DNA from: the human T2T-CHM13v2.0 reference genome, Homo sapiens
Direction: 5' to 3' (one strand)
Assembly: GCF_009914755.1 (NCBI RefSeq)
Contig: NC_060932.1
DNA length: 64,000 nt
Below are positions 46,091 to 59,879 of the stretch, piece by piece (the first letter of the stretch is position 1; each line of letters starts with the position of its first letter). The notes under the pieces were generated by a model. It did no database searches. It was given only the letters and a program-made list of their open reading frames with translations, and was not told where the DNA came from. A program made the translations under genes and the position numbers.

Positions 46091-48019
46091 AGAAAGAAAA
46101 AAAAACAGATAAAATGTGTGAAAAATTTTTAAAAATGAAGGAGACAAAACAAGGAAAAAGAGAAGGAAAGAGGAAAAGAAGAAGAAGGAAGACCATCTAA
46201 TTGAAGCAGAAACATTGAAGTCAATGATTATTTGATGTAAAACAAATCTAGCAGCACAGTTAAAACTATTTATTAGACTAATAAAGGTACTTTTTGTTTC
46301 TTTTTACTTTCCCAAGGTACCATTTCATCCTTTCTTAAAATCCACCTCCACCACACATGGCTACTCTATACTGCTAGTCTATAAGCAAAAGCTTGTTTAC
46401 TGTGTTATTATCGTAGAATACTGGCATGGATTAAGATGAAGCAGGCTCTGAAAATAGTCAATGAGTCAGATTTTAATATAGATGAATCTAGCATTCATTA
46501 CACGATGTTGGAACCTTACATATCACATGAATTAGGAGAATCTTTTCTTGTAAAAAGGCCAGTTCTTTTATGTAAATTTCTCCATATATTGCTGGTAAAT
46601 AGGGAAAGATGTTCTTATAACACAGAAGTATTGTTGGTTCTTATATATTGTTTCCCAGTAGCTTAATGTTTTAAAGTTATCCACGGCAAACTTTGTCGCA
46701 AATAAAGAAAAAGCATAGCAACCCACGATGATCTTAAGAAAAATGCTAAGAAATCTACAAAGGCACTTTTCTTTAGTGCTTCAAGCACATGTCTACATAT
46801 TCAATTTTGTTAAACTTGCTGGTGAAAGTGCCAACACAGATTCAGAAGCTGCAGACATTAATCCCCATATTAAAATAATGGATTAACAAAACAGGCTACA
46901 CATTGGATCTGATTTTTAGTTTTAATAAAAATGGTCCATATTGGAAGGACGATTTTTACATTTCAAAGGAGCAAGTAAAAGCCCCACGTTTTAAAATTGC
47001 TAATGACCAATCATCTCTGAAGCCACGTGCCAATGCTATTAGAGGGTTATCTATGCCAGCTTTTTTAAAATAGTAATTGTCTCAGTGTTTTTAGTGCTCT
47101 ACTTTCCAAATTTCACAGTCTTGAGTCATCTCTCCACACCTTATTTTTCCCATAGACCTTATTATTTTCAGTGTCCAATTTTGCAGAATGTAAGGTTATT
47201 CAATAGTGCAAACATTGGCATTAGAGTAGAAATGCCTGTATCTGTGTTTTATGCCATTGTGTCTGGCTAGAAAGAGCTAAGATTTTTGTCTAGCTACCTG
47301 ATTATGTTCAAGAACTTTTGAAAATAAGAAAAATATGTATTGTTTCAATATTTGAGCTGACTTCTATAGAATCTAGTCAAGTGAGAACTTAGGACTTTTG
47401 ATTTTAAGTGAAGGTACGATTTTACTCTGGTCAGCAGAAAACATTCCCCAACTACCTCCATACGTTTTGTAGGGGTCAGTATTATTCATCTCCCAAATTT
47501 TGTATTTGGGTCTTTTACAATTACAAATCTTTTCTTTAAAATGATATAACTCTATATCTGTTTATAATCCTAATACCCCCAAGGCCCTGGATAGCTAGAC
47601 TCCTTCTCTGTTTCTCCATAATGTCCTAGGAGATTTTATATACAAACTTTTCCTGATAAGCTATATACATATATCTCTATCATTCATATATATATTACAG
47701 AGGTATGCAGATTAGGCCCTACCATAACCTTGCTTCAAAGATATAACTATGCATAGACATCTGTTCACTTGAAGAAGCTCAATGTTTCTCCCACTAATGA
47801 GCCAAAATACCCATGGGTAGATTTACACCAGTTTATACAAATATGGCACAAAAACCATTAGCCTTGAATGTCCTCTTAGAGAAGGTGATCATCTTTACAA
47901 CCACTTCCCCTTGAACATGCGTGTAAACACACACACACATACACACATATGTTAAAACAACAAAACCCATGATTTACAGTGTAGTATTCGAATAAAGAGG
48001 AAATCCTCTGGAAAACCAA

Positions 48020-48620
48020 CTTCAAACTCTGGGTTTGTCCATCTATGTAACCTTGAGAAAATTACCAAGCTTCTGTGAATCTCCATTTCTCCATCTCTAA
48101 AGGGGGATAGGAATACTATACACACCGTAATAAAGAGCATTGTAAAAATTAAAGCAAATAAGGTGATGAAAGTGAATCCCGTCTTAGTACCTGGCACATA
48201 GTAAGTGTTCAATAAATGTTTGATATTCAAATAATCCACAAATATTTATAGAACATTTGCTGTATACCGAACATTAGACCATGTTCTGGGAATAAAGAAA
48301 TAAAAGATGGGATTCCTGCACTGTATGAGTTTACATCCTAACAATAGTACTGGTAAGCAAATAAAATCAAGCTACTGTTGTTGAAGAATGCATATAAGGG
48401 CCAGAGGCACTCAAGGAGGGCCACACAAACCAGACTCAAAGAGTTAACGAAGGTTTCCCTGAGAAGTAATACTTGATCTGAACCTTAAGGACTAAGTAGA
48501 CATTAGCTAGGTAAAGAACATGGTAAACACTATTCTAGGCAGAGGGAACATGTTTAAAGACATGGAGGCAATGAAGTCTGCATGACAAATTCAAAGAAAT
48601 GCAAATAATTGACAATCTAT
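48020..48620. mobile_element. MIR (+, about 48020-48225) abutting an L2 3' end (-, about 48225-48620)
   Basis: TGTAACCTTGAGAAAATTACCAAGCTTCTGTGAATCTCCATTTCTCCATCTCTAAA...CCTGGCACATAGTAAGTGTTCAATAAATG, then CAAATATTTATAGAACATTTGCTGTATACC. Confidence 0.65.
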
Positions 48621-51059
48621 CTAGAGGATGGATAAAGTTGACAGCCCATTATCTTGGAACTTATGCTTTCACTGGTATTGTTTATTTCACTGTTTTATAA
48701 TAGTCTGGTTGCTTATCTTTGTCATCTACACTATGGCCCATGAAGACAGGAACACTATCTTGTGCAATGTTGTAACTCAAGCAAAAACTGCAGTAGCTAG
48801 AACACAGAAGGAATGCAATAAATGTTTGAAGAAGTAAATGAATGCTACCTGTCCCAAAGTGTTCATTTTTAAATACAGAAGCATAGACTCAGAGAGGTTA
48901 ATTCACTTATCTAAAGATACATGGTAAACCTGATATCAGACTCTGAACTACCACCCTTCTGTCAAGTCTGCATGATACCACTTCCATTGTAAGTGGGCAA
49001 AAATTGCCATTGAATTGTATCAGAGAATCATGAGAAGAAGTCATATGATAGCATTCAATACAGCTCTAGGCATTTAACCAGTCTGAAATTTCCGAATTAG
49101 AAATGCAATTTACTCTTTTCTGAGATCATTCGGTAACTGAGGATTGAAGCACAGAGACACACAAATTATAAACTTTATAAATTCTACTCCGGTAACTGGG
49201 AAGAAACAATATACTTTTGAGAATTAAACAGATTTTTTTCTCTTCTAGAAGATCCAAGACCTGTCGTTGTAAAACTTTATTAGATGAGAGTCACAATAAT
49301 AATATTTAGGAATGAGAGGCATTTCCATAATAAAAGTTTACAGGAAAGCAGTGTTAAGCCAATAAGCCTGAGTCTGTTTTCAGAGACTCAGAGGCAGAGG
49401 ACTAAGGAAGTCTTAAGTAGCCCATAGAACTTCCAAATACATCCAGATAGAAATAAGATTTTCTTACACAGAAATCTGTAAGAATACTATTTATTTCGCC
49501 CACTGGTCTAATTATAAGTGTCTTCACTTCAGCAGCTTGTTGGAGGCAAGCCTCTTAAAGATCTTTGTGTACAACAATTCCTGAAGAGGTTCTCTAATGT
49601 ACCTTTATTAAGATTAACAAGGATTGTTTGAGAATCGAACTCACATGCAAGAATGAGAACTAATATAGTTTACTATAGAATTAACCTAAACATAACTATT
49701 CAATAAGCTATACATAATATTCAGAATCCCAAGTCTTCCTCATTAGAAACAAGCCCACCATGACCAAAGGAAATACTTTTCTTCTTGTTTTGTCAGGATT
49801 TCTTACCTTTCATTGACCCTCTTCCTTGTCTTTAGAACTGCTTTACTTTCATTTCTTCATATGTCTAAATGGCTGTTTGGAATTACAAAAGAACTGCTTT
49901 GATTCGACTTCTCATAGTTCAGATCTTAAGTGGAGAATGCTCATCAAGTCTATTGCTCAGTCTGGCAGAATCCTTGGCTCTTTGAAGATTCCAGGCCCTT
50001 ACAATTTCATGAGATATTAGTTTCCCTTAAAAGCTGGATGAAAGCTTGGATTCAGTAGTTGAGACAGAGGCAGAAGTAAGATAAAAGAAGGAGAAAAGAT
50101 CATAATTAATACTGGCACAAGTTAAGAGAGGAAGGCAAAGATATCTTGAGGGACTGAAATAGGAAAACAAAAAAAGTACATGCACAGTGAGCACAACACA
50201 GCATATGGCAATCAAAGGGATGCTTGCTCATGGTACATGGTTTAAAGAGAAAAAAAATAGGGCTTATATTTGCTGGTTGTTTCTAAAAGAAGGGCCTGGA
50301 TAGCTTGGTAATGGCTTCCCATTCTGCATAATCAAACTCATGTTAAACAGACATCAATACTCTTTAAGTACTTTAATAAACTTGATTCTAATACTTCAGA
50401 ATCTCTTCACATAATGAGGATAGTATGTGGGAATATTAAAATTCTAAAAAAAGTTTGCTTCATCCAATATGATTCAAAATGGAAGGCAACTTAGCGTGTT
50501 GTTCAAGATCCTTGATTGTGTACAAATCCAGATATCTTTCGTTATTGCCTTTGTGAATAGGCAAAGTAATTAACCTTTCTATTTCCTAGTTCCCTCAACT
50601 GCAAAATTGAAACAACCAGACCTACCTAATTCATTTACTTACTTAGCAAATATTTATTAAGGGCCTATAAACTGCCAATCACCATCATAGGCACTGGGAA
50701 ATGCTGCAAAGAGCAATATGTAGAAAAATCCTAGCTTTCATGGGGCTTCTATTCTAGTGTGCTATGGGGATTGAGCTATTGCAGATAAAGAAATTAGCAC
50801 CTCTCTGGCACATTTGGTATCCAGCAGGACTAATGAGTCCTGCAGAATGCCTTTCACCAGCTACTTCTTTCTCACGGATGGTGTGTGTGCATGTGTGTGT
50901 ATGTGTGTGTGCACGCACACGACTTTGGGCCTTTGAGGTTTTCTTGTGCCTCTGGCATCTGTGTCCCTGCCCAACTGCCTCTGTGCTTTCTCCACACTCT
51001 GGTAATATCCTTAAATTCTTTCTACCTTCTGGACGCTTACTATAAGCATTCAGTAATGC

Positions 51060-52160
51060 TACAGTCTCTCTGTTTTAGAAAAATCAACGTAACAACAATT
51101 ATATCCTCCCTGAATCATGTATGCCTCTCAAGCTACTGACCCTTCCCTCTATCCCTCTAATAGCAACTTTTATCCAAAGAGTATTTGGGCAAGCAGCCTT
51201 TATTTCTACACTGTATTCACTGTCATGTGATTCCACTCTGGCTTCTGTTGCTACTACTCAACTAAGTGTGCTCTTCCTTAGGTCACAAATGATCTCCTCC
51301 CATGTTGTTAAGCCCAATGTACATTTTCCAATTCTCATCATAAATGATGCCTCAACTTCTGCCTGTTAGAAATATTCTCTTTCCTGAAATTCCACAATGA
51401 TATGCTCTCCTGACTTTTATCCTCCCTTCCCAACCACTCCATATTAGTCTCCTGCGGAAATTTCTCACACTCAGTCTCTCTTCTAAACATTGAAATTGTT
51501 GAGGTTAGATCTTAGGCCTCTTGTGTCTTCACTTTTGCTCATGATCCCTTACTTTTGTCTTACTTCACTCTCAATCATCATCTCCATCACTCTCACGGCT
51601 TCAAAGACCATTTAATTTACTTGTGTTTCCTTCCAAGACCTTCTTCTGAGTACTAGATACATACAACCAACTTCTCATTCTAGATATTCACTGGTCTTAT
51701 AAATATCTCAAATTGAAAGTGCTGCAACCTGAACTCATTTTCTTTCTAAACAACCTCCTCCATTCTAAATATACTCCTTCTTCATTGCAAAACACAATTC
51801 ACCCAGTTGCTCATCCCAGAAACCCAGGAGCCTTGCTTGACACCTTTCTGTTCCTTATCCCCACATCCAATCCAGCACGGAGTCCTACGAATTCTACCTC
51901 TTAATTGCATCTCATCTCTGTCCATTTCTCAGTATCTCTGCTCCCGTCACTCAAGATCAAGCCACTTTCATCTCCAAAAAACCTCCTAATAGTTCTAGCT
52001 CATTTATCATTTTCCTCTTCTAATTTATTTTCTCCTCAGAAGTCAGCATATGAAATTAAGGTAAATATCTCATTATTTCACTCCCCTACTTAAATCTTTA
52101 AAGATACTGTATGTCCTTTTTGAAGACCAAACTTTTTGATACGATTCTTGAAGCCCTAAA
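51060..52160 (+). mobile_element. L2 ORF2/3' fragment
   Basis: CTCTGGCTTCTGTTGCTACTACTCAACTAAGTGTGCTCTTCCTTAGGTCACAAATGATCTCC (STETAL-KVTNDL-like region), CAACCTGAACTCATT and CACCCAGTTGCTCATCCCAGAAACCCAGGAG. Confidence 0.7.
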
Positions 52161-52216
52161 CAGTTCAACCTACTAAACTGACAAAGGGCATTTGTTTTTG
52201 TATATGAAACAGATAA

Positions 52217-52547
<331 letters not shown>

Positions 52548-53835
52548 ATGTTAAGAATTTTTAAATTCATAGGGAAGTAACCAAATGCATACACATTGTC
52601 ATTCATATGCACGCATGTGAGCACACACATACACACACACCACAACTTGAATCTAACCCCTGTACAATTCATAGTTTTTATTGATTATTTGTCTTTATTT
52701 TTAGGTTTTAACATGCATTTGAGTAAAGTCTCAAAAACTCTCACCCAAAAAAGTCCAAAGTACCTGGATAGGCCATGATGGCAAAGAACATTAAGGGATT
52801 CCTTCTTCTTCCCTCTCTTCTTCCCTCCTCACTTCTGTTTCTCTCACAAAAACCATACTGTGCGACATGAGACAAATGAGCCCCTCCAGAAGTTATTACA
52901 GAAATTGTCTGGGCTCCACTTTTCCTTGATATACAGATCAATCTAGGGGAAAAAATGTCCTTTGCATCTTCACCAATAGAATCTTGATCAAAGGAGCCAC
53001 ATCTACTAAAACAAACATGTGTAAAAGGTTGCCCTGAATTTGTGCTATTTTTCTTGTTTGTCTATGTGTCTGATGAGACACACATAAATTCCCCTTTTGC
53101 CCCTTTCCACAACATTATCCTGTCTGTCTAAAATAAATACTGTGATAGTTGGATCATCCACTGAATGCCAGTCTCTGTCTTTTGTAGCTGACTGTTGGAC
53201 AGAACAACCACTCTCTTGCTCACCTTTTAATGTTTCTCAGCAATCTTCTAGTCTCAGCAATCAGGTGTTTATGGTCCAGCTGGACAGAATGTATACCTAT
53301 TTACTCAGATGTCTGGGAACAGGAAAGGGTCCATTTTATAAACAAGTCTTTGCATTGCCTTGCCTGAGGATATGTTTCTGCTGTATAAAATTTAAATAAA
53401 TCACTTTCTGAAGAGTGGTAAACCACTGACACCATTTATCCCGCATGATGGTTCTTCCCAATGGGCCAGAAAGGTTTCAATTATCTTGGATAGGAACCAC
53501 TTCAGAAGTGACATGATCTATATTAGGTTAGCTTTCATCGTCTATAGCCATCTTAATGGGGCCATGTCTCAGTGTAATAGAAAGAGAAAGTGGCTAGCAT
53601 TAAAATGACTTGTTTGTGCAAACACCATCCCTAACAACTCCTGAGATCAACAGGCACAGAATTTGTCCTGGAACATCACTAATTAGACCAAGAGATACAC
53701 ATTACAATGCACTGTGCATGCAAGCACACACAAACGCACGCACAAACATGCAAGCATTTTCCCATTATGGCAAAAATTCATGAGCACTGTCACTATATCA
53801 GATAATACTGATATGACTAATAACAAGAAACTATT

Positions 53836-54140
53836 GGCTGGGCATGGTGGTTCATACCTGTAATCCCAACACTTTGGGAGGCTGAGGCAGGAGGATCACT
53901 TGAAGCCAGGAATTTGAGAACAGCTTGGATAATAAAACAAGACCTCCATCTCTACAAAAAATAAAAATTAGCTGGGTGCAGTGGCATGCACTTGTAGTCC
54001 CAGCTACTTGGAAGTCTGAGGTGGGAATACTGCTTGAGCCCAGAAGTTTGAGGCTACAGTGAGCTAGAATGATTCCACTGAACTACAGCCTGGGTAACAG
54101 AGTAAGATCCTATCTCAAAAAAAGAAAAATAAAAGCAGAA
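53836..54140 (+). mobile_element. AluJ
   Basis: GGAGGATCACTTGAAGCCAGGAATTTGAG and TTGAGCCCAGAAGTTTGAGGCTACAGTGAGCTA are J-type. TSD AAGAAACTATT at 53825-53835 and 54141-54151. Confidence 0.92.
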
Positions 54141-57100
54141 AAGAAACTATTTCATTTTATAGTAAGTGTCATCACATTTAGTTAGAGATTGTTGGGTAGT
54201 GAGCAGATTACTTTCTAATGATGGGCAAGAGAAAGTTAAAGAAAGCTCCAGGTGAAGTGGTGGATGGGAGCATTAAAGAAGAGCCAGAAAGAATAATGTC
54301 CAGAGTTAAAAACAGACTGACAAATTAATAAGGGGGAGTTAGAATGCAGCGGTAACCACAATAGAACATATTTACTTAACAAGATGTCTAGCTATAGATG
54401 AAGTTTAAAAATAGGAAGGAAGGACTCACATTGTCTATTTAATTTGAAATTATGTAATATTGGGGAATCCCAACTGTAAGCATATGCAATCTAATTGATG
54501 TGCCTTATAGAGTCTAGGTGCAACTGACATTTTAATTACCTGATTGTAAGAAATGTGATGGGTATGATAATATTGTTGTCTTGATCTTATGAATGGTGTA
54601 CCCACTGAACTCTGGGGTTACTCTTGAGCTACTAATATTAGTCATGCACATGTAATAAACAAAGAAGAGCGAACTCGGAGGATACACAGGAGCATGGCCT
54701 TACATGGGCTATCAGCCAGAAAACCCCTCCTGAAGACCAACATAGACGAGGTATCCTGCTGAACTGCCTCTAGAATAGAGAGGCTTGGAAAAACTCAATC
54801 AGGGGAGTCACAGTTTAAGCAAAGGTGAGAGTTTTAAGTCAGCAGGTAAAGTAAAAAGCATATGTAGACAAAATTACTCGAGAAAATCTCTTTCTTATGA
54901 ATATCAAAATTAGAAAATGACTGATCTACATTAAAGAAAGAAAGAACTCTCAATCCAGATGTCGAGGATGAAAGTCATCTTGTTTTAAGATAATTATGAA
55001 ATACCTTGTGGTAAATGAGAGATCAGGGAAAATTTTAAAATATTCCACTTTCCTAAATGGTTTGCCCCTTCTGTTTTAAAAGTAAGTCTCTACGACTTTA
55101 ATGTATGAGAGTAGATCTGTGAATTTGTTTGTTGCTGTGAGGACTTGGGTAGGGGGGTTGCACGTTAAATGCAAGTAAGAGGGGACTCCACTGGATGGCA
55201 AGATTGACTTAATATCCCCTATTTCTCCAATGGATACAATCATGGTCCCCAAAGGACCATGAGGAAACCATTTGTGATTCACTTTATTCCTTCCATGATT
55301 TTTTGCTCTGTATTGTTTGAGTCAAAAAGAACAAACAAACAAATTACAAAATTAAAGACAGTAGACTTATCCCCACTACTGGAGAGAAAGCTTCTGGTTC
55401 CAGAAGCCTTGTTTAGCTATTTCCTCAGTGAAGAGGACATTCAGAGTCACATAGGGCTTCTTAAGTGCTTTCTCTTCTTCCCATCTGCTTCTGGAATCCC
55501 CTCTCCCCCACCCCACTCCGCACACACACACTGTAGATGATGGGAGCAAGGGCCAATTTCATGGTTCTAAGGAGTCAAATGATGTCTTTCTTGTCCTTAA
55601 ATGAATCCACATTGGTTGCTGTGTAGACATTAACCAATGAATTGAGTAAATGCTATGTGATGATGATGGTGATCATGTTCTCACTTGCAAGAGTTCATTC
55701 AGAGCACCATTCCCTCATAAAACTCAAGGAGGGATATCAGTTCCAGATGTTAAGTTATAATCATGGGCTTATATATCATGACATCTCAGATTGAATTTTT
55801 TCTCTTTGTCATCGTTAAATTTGCCATTTAAGAAGAGATCAATATTCCCCAATTAACTTTCAATAAGGAAAAGAACGTTTTTATAAACAATTGTTTCTCT
55901 CCATCATTAATTTAATGGAAATAGTGCAATTATGGTAAGAGAGGAAATTGCAATCACAAACTCTTCTCTGCTACTCACTCTTCCTGTGTTTAAAAATAAA
56001 AATTATTCTTCCAGCAAATGTTCTCTACAAAAATATAAGTTGCAGGATAGGATTATTTCATGACTTCAAATAAGTTTTCTTATTCCAAGAAAACACTTTC
56101 CAAAGTTTCCAAAACTTTAACTGAGCTACAAGATATATAAGCAGTTTAGATATGACCAAGACAGTGTCTTCCCTCCCAGCTAACCTTTTATTAAAAACCA
56201 CACACTTTATTTCAACATTCTGAGCAGATCCTAGACAACTCTGTGCATACAAGTCCCAGAGCAGACATAAAAACCAGATGGGAAAGAGATTTACAAGAAC
56301 CAATCTCAAAAGAATATTTGCAAGCAGAATGTCAACTCAACACTGATTTCGGCAATGTATTTTGATTTACAATACAGATGTCTTTTCAGAATTTTCATTT
56401 CTCCTTATATATGAACAAAGTGCAAGGAGGATATAGTCCCAGCTGCTCCCTTCAAATGTTCCAGCCCTAAACAAATAGAAAAAATTTTATCATTTACTTT
56501 TATCTTCTGTGAAGTTCAGACATTTTAGTAGACTTTATAGGCAAATTGTTAAATCAAGCAGTTGCCCTTATACTTAAGAACATTTTCCTGAGGATACAAC
56601 TTTGTCGCATCTCAAGGATCTCAACAAGGCAGAGAGAATGAAAGTATTTTTTGTCAATCTCTCATTATACAACAACAATATATTGAGATTCTTTATGATG
56701 GTGACAAAGGGCAGTGTGCTGGGTACTGAAGATATAAAAAAATACCTTCAAGTAGTTCACAGTCTCCTTGAAAAAGAGGTTAATAAATGCAATGTGTTGT
56801 AGAATATACAAAGAATTAATTGAACATTGGGAAGGAACTACATCACTCTACTGGGAAAAACAAGATAAGAAGGAAAAAATGGAGGCTACAAGATCAAGCT
56901 GTCACAAACATGCAAATAAAATGAAGATTGAACCTCTAAGGATAGATCATTTGCTTCTCATCTTCTTTGGTCATAGGAAACAAAATAAATTCTGAAAGAA
57001 TTAAATATCAGAATCATCAGCAAACATTTACTAGACCAATTATATAATGATTTCCAGTTGATAAAGAATACCCACTCCATGGAAGATCTGAAATATACTT

Positions 57101-59879
57101 TGGTAATCCATGTGCAAAATGCCTCTGAATTTTTTAGCATTTGAAAAATTGCAATATTTAATTTGAACATTCTTCCAGGGAGCTTGATGTTTCTACCATA
57201 CGTAAGTATAACGAGTACTTTCATCCAAGATTTATTGAGCTCCTACTGATGTGATTGGAATTGTGACATTGGGGAAAAGAGAAACGTGGTAGAAAGTCAA
57301 TAATAGGGAAACTGAACGTAAAGAATATGTGTATATTCACACAGCACTATGACCACACAACCTGTTATTTTTGGAGGACTGTATGTATCAGTTGGTTTAT
57401 GTTGATTTTGATAATGCAACTTACGCAAAAATACTCAAATTTTACTGACCCTATCAATCTATGTTAAGTTAGAAAGATTTGCTGACTCAAAAAATAAATC
57501 TACAATAAACCTTCCAAGATAAAATTTCTTTTTTTCTCCTTTCTTTTCAAATGGAAAAGAACAGGATTTAGGGAACAACATCAACTTTTAAAAATCCTTA
57601 GTAGGCTGTCTACTATGTGAAGAGATAATGCTCTCTATTGGGCCAAATGTTATTCAGTTAGCCATCTCTCTCTATTAACCAATACTTGTACATCTTTTGG
57701 TATGCAGTGTATCTCTGAAGTAATGGTATTAATTCCACATACCACCCTCACTGACAAATTTTACCAGAAAGCTCAGCTGGTCACTCTGAAAGACCTATCT
57801 CACTGTTTCATGGCCATTATTTTCATCACAATAGTTTTTATGGTTTGCAAAGTACTTTCACATTCATTATTTTATTTAATCTTTGAAGCAACACTTTGAG
57901 GTAAGTAAAGTGTTAATAGGCCCATTTTTAGATTAAGAAAACATTTCCAAAGTGCTTATGTAACTTAGTAAACGTTACACAGCTAGTAATGAATATTCAT
58001 AATGGTGAACTATAGACCTCACAAGAATGGTTGAACATGACCTCTATCACTTGTGTTAATTATCTGGTCTTCTTTTATTCCAATTCATTGAAAATATGCA
58101 ATTCAACTATGATAAAAGGGGTCACCCAGGATTAGCCAAAATACTTTATTAACTTAAATGCCCTAAAAAAATATTAAATATGATGTTTCCGTTTTTTAGA
58201 AATGCAGCACAAACTGATAAACTTCTTAAAGAAAGCAGAATAACCCTGGGGTAGAGTTTTTGGGGTGTAAATTTCCAACCTTTCCTTGAAAGCAATAATT
58301 CATCAAAATGTGCATTTGAAGAAAAACTGGGCTAAGACCTTGAAGGCATATGATTACAGTCAGTTTATGTTCTAAGCTTCCAAGAACATATTCTGTGCAG
58401 CTGATGTGATTCAAGAATGACAGGAGGAACTGTATATGTTTTTGTTTGTTTGTTTGTTTCTCTCCAGTTCAGCCTCCTTGGATTGATAAATGGGCTTAGG
58501 TGCATCTTTCCTGAAGGACATTATTTAATGTTTTGTTAGTTTAATCTCCCAGTACTGGTGGGGTCCAGGAAGGGGAGCTTCTTGAAGGAAGGTAAATAGT
58601 AGGCAAAAAGAGTTTTAAAGCTCAGACTCCAGTGGAGGGAGCTCTAACTCAAGTGCTAACTTGCCTTAAAAGAAATACACTGAAAGCTGTAAGGAAATCC
58701 CAGACTTCAACTACCTGCACTTACGAAAAATACAAAGCACCAACCTATAAGAGCACTTCTAGGACTATGTTTATACATTGTTCAATACAGTACGAGTTTA
58801 CTAAAATGAAAAGGAGAGTTTGAAGAGCAAAAAATATTTCTCTCTCCTTTTTTGCCTCAACTAAGTATTATTTGGCACACTGTGTTATTGTTTTCTAAAT
58901 TGGATCACATGACTAATATATCAATTCCACAAATATTTTTTATTACAAGTGCACTAAAAAATTAACTCAATTATCATGATCACTAAAACAAAATTTTGTA
59001 TTAAAAGGTCTCTTTTGCTTTGATTGTCTTCATAATCACAAGTAAAAATGTTACCATGGTCTATTTGAATTTTTAAGGTTTGTCTAGAAACAGTTTCACT
59101 ACTATACTGCTAGAAAATATTTCAGTCTATTGGAAGTCAAAAACTTTCAAGATATTCTAAAACATCTGCAAAGAATAACATTTTTCTCCAAGAAACTCAA
59201 AAGTCCTTTACAGGCAATGTAGTACTTATACAGGTAAAAGCTCATTGGAACGAATTCCCCAAGACATCAACTTGCTTGTAGTGGATCTGTGTAGTAACGA
59301 AGGCATTGATAGAAATGACTACACCAGTCTTCTGGAGGAGGGAATGAAACTGACACTCTGTAGCAAACTAACAAGTTGGAGAAAAAAATTAGCACTGAAT
59401 CAAGCAGGGACAAAATGAAATTCGTTATGCACACAACCTCACTGTGAGTCCTCTCCTCCCAAGCCCTAGTTTAGTTAGGTAAATGTTTTGGATGAAGACA
59501 ACTGAGGCAAGATGGGGAAGGAATGACAAAAGGCAAAAGGCTAAATTATTTTCTTGATAGTACCCAGCATCGTTTAGTCTGTCTTGCACACGGGATCTTA
59601 CCAAAGTTTCTATAAAAATTTCTCTTGCTAAGTTATTCTTTAAAAATCAAACAAACAAACAAAAACAGAAACTGATGGCTGTCTAGTGCCTTCAAGAGGA
59701 TGAACATATTCTTGAGGGGTGCGCTGCAGGTTCTCAATTCTGACTTTGGCCTGTTCACCTGCCTCTTTCATGTCTTGTTTTCCTTCCTCACTCCATGCAC
59801 TTTCTGCCCAGACCAGATTGTTGCCCAAGTGGCTAAAACCAGGACCTGCTACAGACCCCTCCCCTACTCTAGGTCTTGT

